Of a stretch of 64,000 nt of DNA, positions 50,743 to 64,000 are shown one piece after another. The notes under the pieces were generated by a model. It worked only from the letters and a program-made list of their open reading frames with translations. It had not been told where the DNA came from and did not search any database. Position 1 is the stretch's first letter. Each line of letters starts with the position of its first letter. The position numbers and the translations under genes are program-made. Origin of the DNA: Cycas panzhihuaensis (Eukaryota > Plantae > Cycadophyta); NCBI GenBank assembly GCA_023213395.1, contig CM041465.1:223207741-223271740 (forward strand), written 5' to 3'.

Positions 50743-51136
50743 TATTAGTGGCCATATCCTATCGCATTTATATTAGATCCAAGATCAGATCCCTGTCTAA
50801 GATAATGTCATCTCAATAAATGCAACACCTTGGTGAAATCCCTTAAACGCTCTCTACATTTATTTTCTATTTAGTAATTCTATAATTTTAAGTTCTGTAA
50901 TTTGTTGCAAGTGGGCAGTAAGATCCGTCCCTCCCAACAAGATCCCTCCTTCCTATATCTCCTAGTTTTGAGGTGGAACCCTGTGTTGGGGGCTTTAAAT
51001 ATCATAGAGATTTGTCATTCTTAACTAATCATATACGAGTATATGTCTATATGCGAAGCAAAGTAGATCACATAGGCCTTAGACAAAATTTGGCTTCAAA
51101 ATCAAATTTCAACGTACCTTTAGATATTTTAGATGA

Positions 51137-51437
51137 CCTTTTTAGATTCCCTTGCCTTACTAGTTTTAGGAAAGTTGTCGATTGCCTGTCCTTCATAGTG
51201 CACTGGTTAGTGATTATCGTTAAGAAGTTACCCTTCTTGAATACCTCTACAAGACTTTCGTGGCTACAAAGTCAAGTCTTGATGTACCTTCAGGTATAGT
51301 AGAGAACCCTTTTAGGTTCCCTTGCCTTACCTAGTTTTAGGAAAGTTGTCGACTAGTTGTCTTCTGTAGTGTATTGTTTAGTGATTAGCACCAGTAAGCT
51401 ACCCTTCCCGAAAACCTCTGCATGACTTTCGTGGCTA
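51137..51437. repeat. Two ~130-bp direct repeats (period ~170 bp) in the chromovirus leader
   Basis: TTCCCTTGCCTTAC..TAGTTTTAGGAAAGTTGTCGA...GACTTTCGTGGCTA occurs at ~51137 and ~51307. Confidence 0.8.
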
Positions 51438-54400
51438 TGGGTACAAAGGCTCCTCTGTAATTAATGCCCTTAGGTATTGCACCGAGTGTAAGTGACGACA
51501 TAGAAGTTTATTGAAGGGCTTACAGAACCAAATAATCCTCTGTCAAATACTATGGTAGTTCACCTATTTTAACAATTTAAATTACATTACAAAATTGTTA
51601 AAATTGTTGTACTTCCAAACACAATACAAAATTGTTGAGTCTATTGTACGTCTAAATACAAATTGTTGAAACTGCTCCACTTCTGGCTATTAATATTACA
51701 ATGCAATAAACAACATAATCTTGAAACACAATAGCAACATCATTCTGCAATATAACATAGTCTTCCAATACCATAACAATACAATCTTGTAATACAAGCA
51801 CTAAAATTTAAATACTTTCTGTTCAAATTTTCAATCCAATTTTTTGAGTCTAGTACCCAATTGAGTCCAACCTTTAGTCCAATGCCTGTCTCTTTTAAAC
51901 ACAAAAGAAAAATAGAGTTAAGAGTCATTTCGATGAATACTTTTATGATTTAGACGAAACCTACATTAGTAGATTCAAGATGAAAAAAAAAAAAAGTCCA
52001 CAACTCATAAGGTACCATTAGTCAATCATACATCTTATTTCGATCAACACATTGCATTGATCATTTTGTACTAGATGAATTTTAACTGTCATTTTTAAGA
52101 AAAAATGGGTTATAAGTATCCTATGGGTCCTAAAGCCTAATTTTTTTCATATTAAACTCACATATCCTATTTTGATGAACTCTTCGCACTTATCTTATTG
52201 CACTAAGTGATTTCCTTACTTATTTTCTTAGGGTCAATAGGTTATAAACACTCTATCCCTCCACCCTCTTCTCCTCTTCTCCCTTATATCATTCCTCAAT
52301 TCTATAATCTCATTCTTTCTATCTAATCCCTAACTCGTTTATCCCATTCTCTCTTCTTCATCCTCCTTCATTAAATCCCTTTCTTCTTCTGTATAAATGA
52401 TGGCACCGGCCCAGGCAAATTGCATATCCACATTGGAAACACAACTCATTAGCATGTAGGATGCACATAAAGATGGCATGGCCAAGATCATAACAGATTT
52501 AACAAACTTGGTCACTCATAATGATTTCGAAAACATGATAAAGGGGATAACAACCTTGAATGCTTAGATTCTAATATCACATCCACATCCAACTCTATTA
52601 GTAACTCATGCGGAGGTGGTGTTCCTCCTCAACCACCTCATCAGCAAACATTCAATCACAAATGCCAGTTTTTGATCTAGATCTCAACAAAGATTCTGCT
52701 CACAGGTGGATCAATAAATTGGACTCTTACTTTGCTATTAATCCCATGATCAAAGTTGATCAATTGATGTTTGCATCCATCCACTTGGAGGGTAAGGCCC
52801 ATCATTGGTACCAATCATGGAATCGTGAATATCTGTTCCCCCAAACATCGAATCAATTCTTTAGATGTTTCTTTAAACAATAAAAAGAAACTTGGAATTA
52901 GACCTTCTTCAGCCAACTTACTTGGTTAAAACAATCATCATCTCTAAATCTTACATGGACGAGTTTATGCTCTTCAGAATTAAGTCAGCCAAAGCCTTGA
53001 TCAATACATGATTGTGGAAACATATGTAATCAGACTTAAGGAACACATCCAAATGTGAATAAAGACAAACCCACCACCTAATTTAAGAGAAGCCATAAAT
53101 AGGGTCAAAGCAATTAAGGCTAAATTCTCAATGGAACTAGTACCCACTTTTTGAATAGATTCTATATGGTGCAATCATCTGTGGCTAATAGACCCATATG
53201 GGGCACTATAATTTTAAGTAGAAGGCCCCCAATAACCCGCGACAGGATTTCCAACAGTAGAACCAGCATCAGGGTCAAAATGAGTACCACATACAAAAGC
53301 ACATAGGCGTAGAGAAGGCAACCGATGTGTAGAAAAATAGACCCCTGCTTATGGTGATACTATAAACCAAAACAAATTATACTCACTATAGATCTCACCA
53401 TATCCTGTAATGAGCACTCCGATTATGAAAATGAACTTGAAGAAAAACCACCCTTGGAAGCCTTCCCTAACCCCAAGCCAAAACTATCTCTATCAATTGT
53501 TTCATCTATTGCCTAACCTAAACCACTTTGAGTTAAAGGTACATTAAGGAAGACTCCCATCACTATATTGATCGATGGTGGCACATCATTAAATTTCATC
53601 GATATTTCAATAGTTAGACAACTCAACCTGTACATCTAACTGAAAATTTGTTTCACTTTCTCCTTGCCAAGCCATCACACCCTTTATTTGTGCATGTATC
53701 GTAAAGAATTTACATGTCCAAATCAACACTTATCAATTGAAGTTTGATCATGCCTTGTCTGTTGGAGAATCTGATGCTATCTTAAGGGTCTAGTGGCTTC
53801 AAACACTCGGTACGTATAGCACCAATAATTCCTCAAACAATCCTTTCATATTATTCAAAAACCAATTTGGCCAAACTCTCAAATTTTATGCTCTCTAATC
53901 ATCCCCCAACCAACTCATTTCCTCTAAACCAATAAACAAACAATTAAATGATGATGTTGAATATATAGTACGTCTAAATGATATTGAACCTCACTCAAAT
54001 ATTCATCAAGATATCTAAACCCTCCTCATTAAATATCAATCAATTTTTGCACCCCTTCCTAGTAACCCTTCATCGGGTTGTAGGTTTCACCATACCATCG
54101 AACTATAAAACCTACACAATCTTGTTAGCCTATGCCCTTATTGAAATTCTTATTTCTAGAAAAATGAAATTGAATGTATTACTAATGAACTCATTGACAT
54201 AGGAATAATACAACATAGTAAAAGCCCTTATGCGGCCCCCATCGTCCTTGTCTAGAAGAAAGATGGTTCCTTTTGACTTTGTGTCGACTATTGAGAATTG
54301 AACAAACTTACCATCAAGAATAAATTTTTAACCCCATGAATCGATGATATGTTGGATGAAATTTATGGGTTTACCATTTTCTCTAAATTAGACCTTCAAT

Positions 54401-55337
54401 CAAGATATTATCAAATTCCCATTGCACTTGAAGATGGATTTAAAATGACCTTTTGAACATATCATGGCCATTTCGTGTTCCAAGTCATGTCATTTGGCCT
54501 TTGTAAGTCTCTAACTACTTTTCAAGCCTTGATGAATAAGATCTTTGTACGCCATCTTTGCAAATTCATGATTGTGTTTTTCGAAGATATGCTTATTTAT
54601 AGCACCAACATATATCTACGCCTTCAACATTTGAAAATCACCCTTCAAATTCTCTCCCTAAATTAACTTTATGCCAAAATGTCAAAATGTGAATTTGACA
54701 AAATTGAATTGCAATACTTGGGCCACATCATATGCTCAGAGGGAGTATGTGTTGACCCTGATAAAATCTCAATCATTACTACTTGGCCTATCCCAAAGAA
54801 TCTAACACAATTGTGTGCCTTCCTTGGACTAACTGGATTCTATTACCAATTTATCAAAAACTATGCTTCCATCGTAGCCCCTTAATTAATATATTTTGTA
54901 AGGACTCTTTTTAATAATTAGTGACTGCTAATGATGCCTTCAATCATTTAAAGATAGTTATGTCTACCGCTCCAGTCCTTGTTATCCTTAACTTTTTCCA
55001 ACCATTTCAGCTAGAATGTGATGCCTTTGGAGTTGGGTTAGGAGTTATCCTCATGTAGAACTTTCATTTAATTGCGTTTGAAAGTCGAAAACTCAAAGAT
55101 CATGAATATCGACTATCGACATACCAAAAGGAAATGAAAGCCATTTTGCACACTATAAACAAGTGGCATTGATATCTACTTGGATCAAAATTCACCATCC
55201 TCATAGATCATCATAGCCTCCATCGCCTCCTGGACCAATATGTTTTGTCAGAAGAGCAGGGGAAATGGGTTGACTGATTATAAGTATTTGACTTCATTAT
55301 TTCTTATAAAAAAAGGAAAAGACAATGCGGTTGCAGA

Positions 55338-58300
55338 TATGGAAAGAACTCTTCATGCTTCATTAATGAAAATGAATCTATAAATACATTACATCTTGTA
55401 CAGGATAAATGATAATTGTTCAATGTGATCTTGCCACTTGTCACTTAGAGAGAAAAATGGGAAATGATAGATGACCCTCATAATATATTTTGAATACACT
55501 TTACTTTTACGAAGTATACTAAAAATATTGTAGATAAAACATTATTTCTAATACCTTCTCTTAATATTTTATCTATTTAATTCTTAATCTATTTCTAAAT
55601 AAAGTAAATTTATCTCTACTTAAGGGTTTTGTCAAACTATCATCAACTTGGTGGGTTTTGTCAGACTATCATCAACTTGGTTTTTTGAAGACAATGTAAA
55701 AGTTCAATCTCTTTGTTTTGAACTTTTTCTCTGATGAAATGATGATGTACTTCTATATGTTAGGTCATTGCATATAATATTTGATTCATTGTCATCTTGA
55801 TTGTGCTTTGATTGTCGCGAAACAACTCAATAGGTGCTGTTTGTTCTTGTCCAAGATCTTTTAGGAGTTATTTGATCTATATTCCTTCACATGCTGCATT
55901 TACTGTTGATTTATACTCTGTTTTTGTTAAAGACAAGGCTACTATATGTTGTTTTTTGCTGCTCTAGGATATTAAGGTTGTTTCTAGAAAGAAACAATAT
56001 CCTAACGTTGATTTCTTGTCCATTTTGTCTCCTGCCTAATCAGAATCACAAACCCTATTAACTACATATTGTTGTCTTTTACATATTCTAGTCTAAGATT
56101 TGTTGTTCCTCTTAAATACTGCATAATTCTCTTTGCAACATTCCAATGAGGTATCTTTGGATTTTCCATGAATTTGTAGACTACACCAATTGCATAAGAA
56201 ATGTCTAGTTTGATAGCTATAATATAGATTAAGCTCCCAATCACTTATCTATATGTGGTTGCATTAACAGGTTGTGCTTCCTGCTTAACATTCAATACAT
56301 AGCCAGTTTCCATGGGTGTGGCCACACTGTTGCAATTTTCCATGTTGAATTTTTTAAGCATATTTTTGATGTATTTAGATTGAGATAAGATAACATAGTT
56401 GTTATTTCGTCTAATCTTTATGCCTAGATAGCAATGCAACATTCCAAGGTTTATCATTTCAAAAACTTTTTCAAACTACTTTTTAATGAGTGCAATTGAA
56501 TTTACATCATCTTCTGTAATTAACATATCATCTATATACACTACTATAATGGAGATTAGTCCTTGATTGAATTTTATATACAGACTATGATCTGACTCAT
56601 ACTTGTGAAAGCCGTTTTAGATAAGATATTTGTCTAATTTGGTGTACCTGGCTCTTGGTGCTTGCTCGAGTCCATACAATGCCTTTTTTAGTTTGCAGAC
56701 CATTTTTTTTTACCAGTTTTTATGTATCCTTCAGGTTGATGCATATAGACTTCTTCTTAAAGGTCTCCATTTAAAAGGGTGTTTTTTACGTCTATCTAGT
56801 AGAATTTTCATCCTTTCTGTGCAACTATTACAATTACTGTTTTCGTAGTGTTTAATTTTGCCACTGGTAAGAACGTTTCTTCATAGTCGATTCTAACAGT
56901 TTGTGTGTAACTTTTTGCCACCAACCTTGTTTTGTACTTCTCAACTTCTCCATTTGGTTTTTCTTTTACTTTATATACCCATTTAGAATTTACAATGGGT
57001 TTATCCTTGGGAGGTTCCACTAAGTCTCAAGTCCCGTGCTTGTGAATAGCTTCCATTTCTGCATTCATTGCTATTCTTTATGTTTAGAATTTATTTGCTT
57101 GTTCGAGCGTGTTTGGTTCAACATAACAAACTAATGCCTGTGGTATCTGAGATCTTGTCCTATGCTCAAACACTTTTCTTTTTGTTTTTTTAAGGGTTTT
57201 AAGTTACCATTTTGGTACCTTTTAGAGTTTTGTTTCCGCTTTAGTCTTTGCTCTTCTTCTTTTTTAGTAGTATCAAGGTCACCTGTTTGATTAATGTTAG
57301 GTGTCTTTTGATCTGGAGTTTCACTTCTAGTTTCAATATCTTCTGAAGTAATTACAGACCCCTCATTTAGTTGAACTATATTCAACTTTTTATTATCTAT
57401 ATCTATTTCCTGATACTTTGTTTTGGTGTTATCTTAGCCCTTCATCAAATACCACATCTCTACTAAATATATAATTTGTTTATTTTTGGATCATGATACT
57501 TGTATGCTATTGAGCGATTATTGTACTCAACCATTATGCACTCTATGCTTTTGTTATCTAACTTGTTCATTTTTTTGTCAGGAATGTGTACATAAACTTT
57601 ACAACCAAAGACTTTGAGATGACTTACATTTGGTTTATGTTCGGTCCATGCTTCTTCAAGTGTCACCTTGCCCAGTGCTTGAGTTAAACTCCTGTTGATT
57701 AGATACACAATTGTATTGACCGCTTCCACCCAATACCTTTTTGTGGTTTCCCTGTTATTCAACAAACATCTGGCCAATTTTAAAATTGTTCTATTCATTC
57801 TCTTTGCTACACCATTTGATTGTGGTGTATAAGGAGTTGTGATCTGTCTATAGATTCCCTGCTTTTTATAAAACTGAAAGAAATCTTTAGACTCATATTC
57901 TCCTCCTCCATCAGAGCAAACACACTTGATTTTCCAACTGCTTTCCAATTTCACTTCTACTTTAAATTCTTTAAAATAATTAAGTGCTTCTGACTTGCTA
58001 AACAAGAAATATACCCATGTTTTTTTAGAGAAATTATCAATGAAGGTTTGAAAGTATCATGCACCATTTGTTAAAATCAGCGTAAAGGGACCGCAAAGAT
58101 CAATATGAACCAAATCCAATTTAGTTTTTGCTTGCCATGTGTTTTTTGCAAAAGGAATTTTGTATTGTTTATCCATAACGCAGCTTTTGCATACGAATGA
58201 ATTAAACAAAATATCAGGTAGACCATTCACCATTCTTGAATTTTTAAAATTTTCTAACCTATCATGTGAGATATGCCCATACTTCAAGGGCCACATTTCA

Positions 58301-60554
58301 TTAGCATCATTGCTTGCCGCAATAAGTGAGTTTACATCAGACATATGTTTAGTGGGTTATTTGTCAGGTAACATAGAAGTAGAAAGCAACTTAATAGAGT
58401 TTGTTGCATTTTATTCCAGCAATTACAATACCATTCTTTTTTATATCTAAAATGAAACAATGATCATTTTCATCAAATATTATTCTTAGCTTCTTTTCAC
58501 TCAATTGAGATGTTGATAAGAGATTTTTCTTCATTCCTAGTACAAAAAGAACATTCCTTATTCGTTGAATTTTTTTATCAAATTTTTTGGCTATTTAATT
58601 AATCCCTTTTATGTGAAGGGAAAAGTTATCTCCTAATTCCATAGACTTATTAAGATCATATGGTTTCAAAAATTCAAACCATTCTTCAACTCTAGTCATG
58701 TGGTGGAGAGCTCTCGAATCAACGTACTAATATTCTATGGCATTGGTGGTAACTAGCACTACTACAAAAGCGGTCTCAACTTCGTCTTCCATTGAATCTT
58801 GTTCTTTGCTGTAGTTGCTTCATATATGTGTTTTTTTTTAATCTCTACTTGTTTTTTGTAGTATTAATATGGGTAGTGCCTAGTTTGTCCACAGTGATAG
58901 TAGACATCAAAAGCTCTGCAGTAACTTGAAAAATGACTAGATTTGCTGTAGTTGAAGAAAATCCTAGCATCACGTGGGGGAGTAACTCTTCCTCGTCCTC
59001 TTCCTTCAGTCTAATGACCTTTGATGCTGGTTGGTATGCTACCTCACATTTTTTGATTATATTGATCTCGTCCTTGACCTCCTAAGTTTAGTTTGGTGAC
59101 AAGTGCTTTATCTCGGCATCTTCTTCATATCTCTGGTTCCTTTGTTCATGGCTAAGCATGTGACTTACAAGAACATCAAAGGTCATGGTAACTACTTGTC
59201 TTCTACCTGTTAACATATTTACCATGTTGTCAAATGATTTTGGTAACTTGTTGAGTATGAGATGTATCAATTCAGTATCAGTTACTTTATCTCTTGCTTT
59301 GAGGAGTGCATTTTTGACATTGGTCAATTTGGCTATGAACTTAAAAATTGTCTAGCCCTCTCTTATTTTAAGTTTATATAGTTCCTCGCTAAGAGAAACT
59401 ATTATGGCTTCCATTTTCTAACTAAACATGGAGGACATTAGTTTTTAAATTTCATGGTCACTTTCAACATCATCTACATAGGTTAACAGAGAATTTGAGA
59501 TTGAAAGTTTGAGAACAGATACAACAATGTTGTTCCTTTCTTCCCAATTCAGTAGATCTACTATGTTAGTGGGTTGCTTTTCATCACCAATGGTGATTTT
59601 CCAAACATGCTTTGCTCTTAAGAGACCCTCAATCTTTATTTTTCCAATGCTAAAGTTCATTTCAGTTAATTTATTGGCTTTAGGCAATGCTACAACGAAA
59701 GAGGCCATGATTAAATGATGAAAGCACAGAAAAATATATGAGAAACTCAGTTGCAAGGTTGTATAGTGTACGGAAAAGCACAAATCTTTGCAAGTGTACG
59801 AATTTAACAAAAGAGGGGTCCAAATCGAAATATTTGATAAGAGTACTCCATATGTATAATTCTTTTTATCAGATAATGTCTGGTTTGATTAGAAATTGAG
59901 GTCAAAGTTCAGACTGACAACTAGAGCTAAAAGTGAAAAATGCTTCAAACAAAAAAAAAAACTAAATCTGCCTTCGAAATTGGTCTCAAAAGATTCATAT
60001 TAAAGAGAGGATTAGATTGATATAGGTTTTACCTAGATTAATTCAGTCGTATAAAAGAAAATAACAGAATTCTTCCTAAATCTATGCCTTTGGAAAATGG
60101 GTTAAAACCCCCTCAAAATGACTTCAAATCATGTCGTGTCCTTGGAGAGAAGAGACGTCTAAACTGTTATGATCTTGCTAGTGAAATTTGGGAGCAATCT
60201 GAGCACTTTGATTTTTTATGTTCGTACAATGTCTGTACACTTGTTCTTTCATGAACTTTGTCTTCTGAGATGACTTATGCTTCAATTTGATTATTCTCCT
60301 TTAATGATTTGATCCTCCATACTGACTTTTATCAAATTTTCTCAAAACCCTAATGAACTCCTTGTCTAAATTCAGATAAAAACTTGATTCTTGAGTAGAC
60401 AGTTGTAGCCCACTCTAATACCATGTGGAAAGAACTCTCCATGCTTCATTAATGAAAATGAAGCATGATACATGATACTCATAATGTATTTTGAATACAC
60501 TCTACCTTTACGAAGTATGCTAAAAATATTTTAGATAAAACATTACTTCTAATA
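55338..60554 (-). mobile_element. Ty1/Copia element (older, decayed) nested in the chromovirus pol
   Basis: LTRs 55338-55553 and 60424-60554 (the latter internally shorter); TSD GCAGA; degenerate PBS 60423-60412; gag, GAG-pre-integrase, INT (57463-58005) and RT remnants. Host reads DNAVAD|T across the insertion. Confidence 0.92.
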
Positions 60555-63500
60555 GCAGACACTTGCTTTCACCCACCCTCCAAATCCACAATTCAAACCA
60601 TTTCCACACTCCAACTATCATGGTTGCAAGAGCTAGTAAATGATAATCAAGCTCAATCCGAGTTTGCCATATGGATTGAAAAGGTTCAAAATCATAAGTA
60701 TTGGACCCTAAAAACAACCACCTCCTCTATGGAAATTGTATTTTTGTTCACCCAACATCCCCCATCATTTCTTATATCTTGTTAGAATATTATGCCATCC
60801 CTTTAGGTGGACATTCGTGGTTTGATAAAATCTGTGGTTGCATTTGATCAGGTTTTTGCTGGTCTCATATGAAGGCATCAATCCTCACATACGTATCAGA
60901 ATGCAGTACTTCCCAACATGACAAGGTAGATACCAAGGCATAACTGGGCCTTCTCCAACCCCTACAAATCCCTCAAGGAAAATGGAAAGACATTGCCATG
61001 GATTTCATTACTAGTCTCCCATCCTTTGTCAAGTATTATTCTATTTGGGTAATCATTGATTGATTAACCAAATATACCTATTTCCTGCTAGTCCACATGA
61101 CCTACAAAGCCCCATGGTTTGTTGACTTATACATCTAATTTATCTTTCGCTTGAATAGATTTCCTTCTATAATCATGTCTAACAAAAATCCTAAATTCAT
61201 GAGTTCGTTTTGGCAAGAGCTCTTTTATGCATCTGGAACTTACTTTAACATGAGTTCATCATACCATCAACAAATGGATGGTTAATCTAAAGTTCTCAAC
61301 TAAACCTAGGAGACATAATTATGTTGCTTTACCTCAGAACATTAGAATCAATGGATCTCTTGGTTAGCCTTAGCGGAATATTGGTACAATTCATTCCATC
61401 ATTCTGCCATTAGAATAGCTCCATTTACAACCCTTAATGGCTATCCTCCTCTATCTCATTATACATTGGCCACCATTCATCAAATTGTTGGAATTCAACA
61501 AAAATTGCAAGATATAGATAAAATCTTACATACTCTCAAGCAAAACTTGACCTCCACCTGAAATCGCATGAAGCAATTAGTTGACTGCCGCTGTTTTGAT
61601 CAATCATTTTCTATTGGCAATTTAATATTTCTTCACCTTCAACTATATAATTGCCACTGTTTCAATTAATTATTCTCTATAGGTGATTTAGTTTTCTTTC
61701 ACCTTCAACCATACGAACAATAGTCACTCTACAACAAAAAAACTCATAAGCTCGATCCTCAATACTATGGTCTCTATAAGATTATCCAATGCATTGGTGA
61801 GGTTGATTGTGCTCTTGAACTTCCTTTGACACCAAGATCCATAATATCTTCCATGTTTCCTGTCTTAAGAAGCACCTTGGAAAGACTCTTGTCCCTTAGT
61901 CTATCCTCTCAGTCTTTAATAAAAAAGAACTACTCATAGTTCATCCTAAACGTATCTCGGATAATCAACAATGTCGTTTTTAAAACATGACCATTTTTTA
62001 GTATCTGGTACAATAAGATGGCTATGAACTTGATGAAGCAACATGGGAATCAATCGGTTTTGTCAGGAAATATTTATATCTTCTACGCTTTTGGGACTCA
62101 ATGTCTCAGAGGGGGGCACTTGTTACATAATTGTTACAGCTAGAAAAATATGAGTTTCTATACATATGACCAAGGTGTGTAAAGGTTAATGTTAGCTATT
62201 AATATGTGTATGCAAGTCAAATAAGTCTACCAATGGGTTTGAAGGCTAAATGCCCCACTAATAAGATTCTATGGGAAGTGGCTGCTTTTGCCTATTTAAG
62301 GTTGAATGTTTATAAAGAGAGTTTTATGTCGAGTTTATTTGTAATATCATACTTTGTATGAACTTAGTGTCCATTTAGTGCTCTTATAAGCATCCTTTTG
62401 TCCTCTTATAATATTTTCCTAAATGAAATCTATTAATAAAAATTTGTTGGTTGCTCATTTTATGCTTCTTTGGGCTCTTTTGTTACTAGTTGGTGTAGAA
62501 TTGCTAGTTAGAACCATTCCATTACATTTTCCACAAATATCTAGCATCAATCTAAGATAACTCAAGTGTTTTTTGAGAAGAGCAATTATTTTTCCTATCG
62601 CTTGTTGGGAGATATTCAAAATAACTCTTTGGAAGGTAGCTGGTATGTTAGCCAGACCAAACGACATGACTGGATAGGCATATGTAACCATTCTATCATG
62701 AAGGTGGTTTTTAATTGATTTTCTAGTGTTATATGTACTTGGTTATAACCATTGAAACCATCTGTAAAAGAGAATACTTCGGGGCCCGCTACCTTCTCCA
62801 AGATATCCAGCATGAAAGGGGTGGAGAATGAATATTTTTTAATAGCATTATTCAGAGCCCTATGATCAATACATAGCCATAATTTCCTCTTTTTTTTGAG
62901 AACCACAACAATTGGGCTTACCCATTCACTATTCTTTACTTCAAATATGTACCCTGCTTCAAGCATTTTATTCAATCCAACTTTAATGTTTTCCTTGTAT
63001 TTGGGGTTAATTCAATATGAGCACTACCTAACTAACTTTGCCCCATTGATTAACTTAATTTTATGTTCTCCTAGTTTAGGTGGTATTCCATTTAGGTCTT
63101 TATAGGACTAAACAAATACATCTTTATATTCTAGAAAGAGGGTTATTACTTGATTTATTGTTTCCTCATCCTAGTAGTCTCCTAAGGTGACATACTGGGG
63201 TTGCTCCTCTATTTTGATATTGATTATTTAGACTTTCAATTCTTTACTTTGGACAGACTTGCTATCTTCTCCTAGTGCATATGCTAGTGTTTGATCTATT
63301 GCTTGACTGCCATATTCTAATGTAGAATATGCAATAGGAAAATTTTGGAAATCCTCCCAACTCTCCTGAGTTAAAAGAGATCCGAGCTCTTGTTGTGGAC
63401 CCTCTTTTGTGATAGATTCCATTTGGAAACATCCAACAACAAAGTTTGTTGTCTTTGCTTTTAATGCTAACATAACTACTTGTATTATGGGATTTGCTAT

Positions 63501-64000
63501 GTGATATGCAAAAGTTTGGTAGAAATCCTTGATTAGTATCTCCTATTTTACCCTTTGTGATTTCTCATAGCGTTTGGTACCATTTTTGGCTAACATCTTG
63601 GAAGGTAATGGCCTATGAATGGGTCCATTCCTATCTTGAAATATTATACTCTTCCTATATTTTAACACAATTCCTAATATGGTCCTGGAGATTATCCCTA
63701 TTATAGAATTTTGGGAGTTCGAAGTCTCCCTTTTTGAAATTTACATTGGAATTTTTATTGCATGTCAGTCCAATTTTTGAATTACAAATAGTGTGTGTGG
63801 TAACATGCAAAGGCTTGTCTCGTTAAGGACAAGGAAGGATATACATCCATAAACTCTCTTGCCATTCATTATCTTTTAAAATTTGAATACATAATTTCAA
63901 ATGTTTTTTAACAGCATTTAATTTTCCCTAATACTATGGAAAAGTTGCAAGATTTTGTTGAACAATTTAAGATTACCTTGTATACTTTGTAGTTGTTGAA

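Larger units (their letters stand above)
44950..62521 (+). mobile_element. Ty3/Gypsy chromovirus hosting two Copia insertions
   Basis: LTRs 44950-45349 and 62121-62521; degenerate PBS TGGTTCAGAGCC at ~45352; PPT AGAGGGGGG at 62108; gag from ~52397; RT, RH and INT; chromodomain-like EATWE near 62035. Confidence 0.88.
40700..64000 (-). mobile_element. Old non-chromoviral Ty3/Gypsy element split by the 44950-62521 insertion (RT at 62522-63200; RH/INT and additional ORF at 40700-44949)
   Basis: RT motifs SEWVSPIVVV and FSFTDGFNGYNQ on the right; LNKCAFMV and RNase H HVNTS on the left. Removing the insert plus one 5-bp copy restores the frame CGK|NSLHLNLNKC. Outer boundaries uncertain. Confidence 0.8.

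Overview
AT-rich, repeat-dominated land-plant genomic DNA, most like a large-genome gymnosperm or fern; the organism cannot be fixed from sequence alone. Most of the window is nested LTR retrotransposons. There are two CRM-like Ty3/Gypsy elements (1-5028, with an uninterrupted gag-pol ORF of at least 1360 codons that the ORF track misses; 27376-34246), two chromoviruses (25622-38877; 44950-62521), two old non-chromoviral Gypsy relics, two Ty1/Copia elements (45660-50742; 55338-60554) and a 286-bp TRIM. The standout is a very young non-autonomous Copia-derived LTR element at 12517-17827 (-), with near-identical LTRs, a perfect TSD, PBS and PPT. It keeps only a gag-like frame. Its ~3.1-kb 5' leader is a packed mosaic of short fragments of unrelated host genes in both orientations: CDKB, alkenal/one oxidoreductase, peroxisomal citrate synthase, GH17 beta-1,3-glucanase, TBL and UBC22. 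A small candidate host gene or exon lies at 22982-23161. All protein-family assignments come from manual translation and recalled motifs, not database searches.
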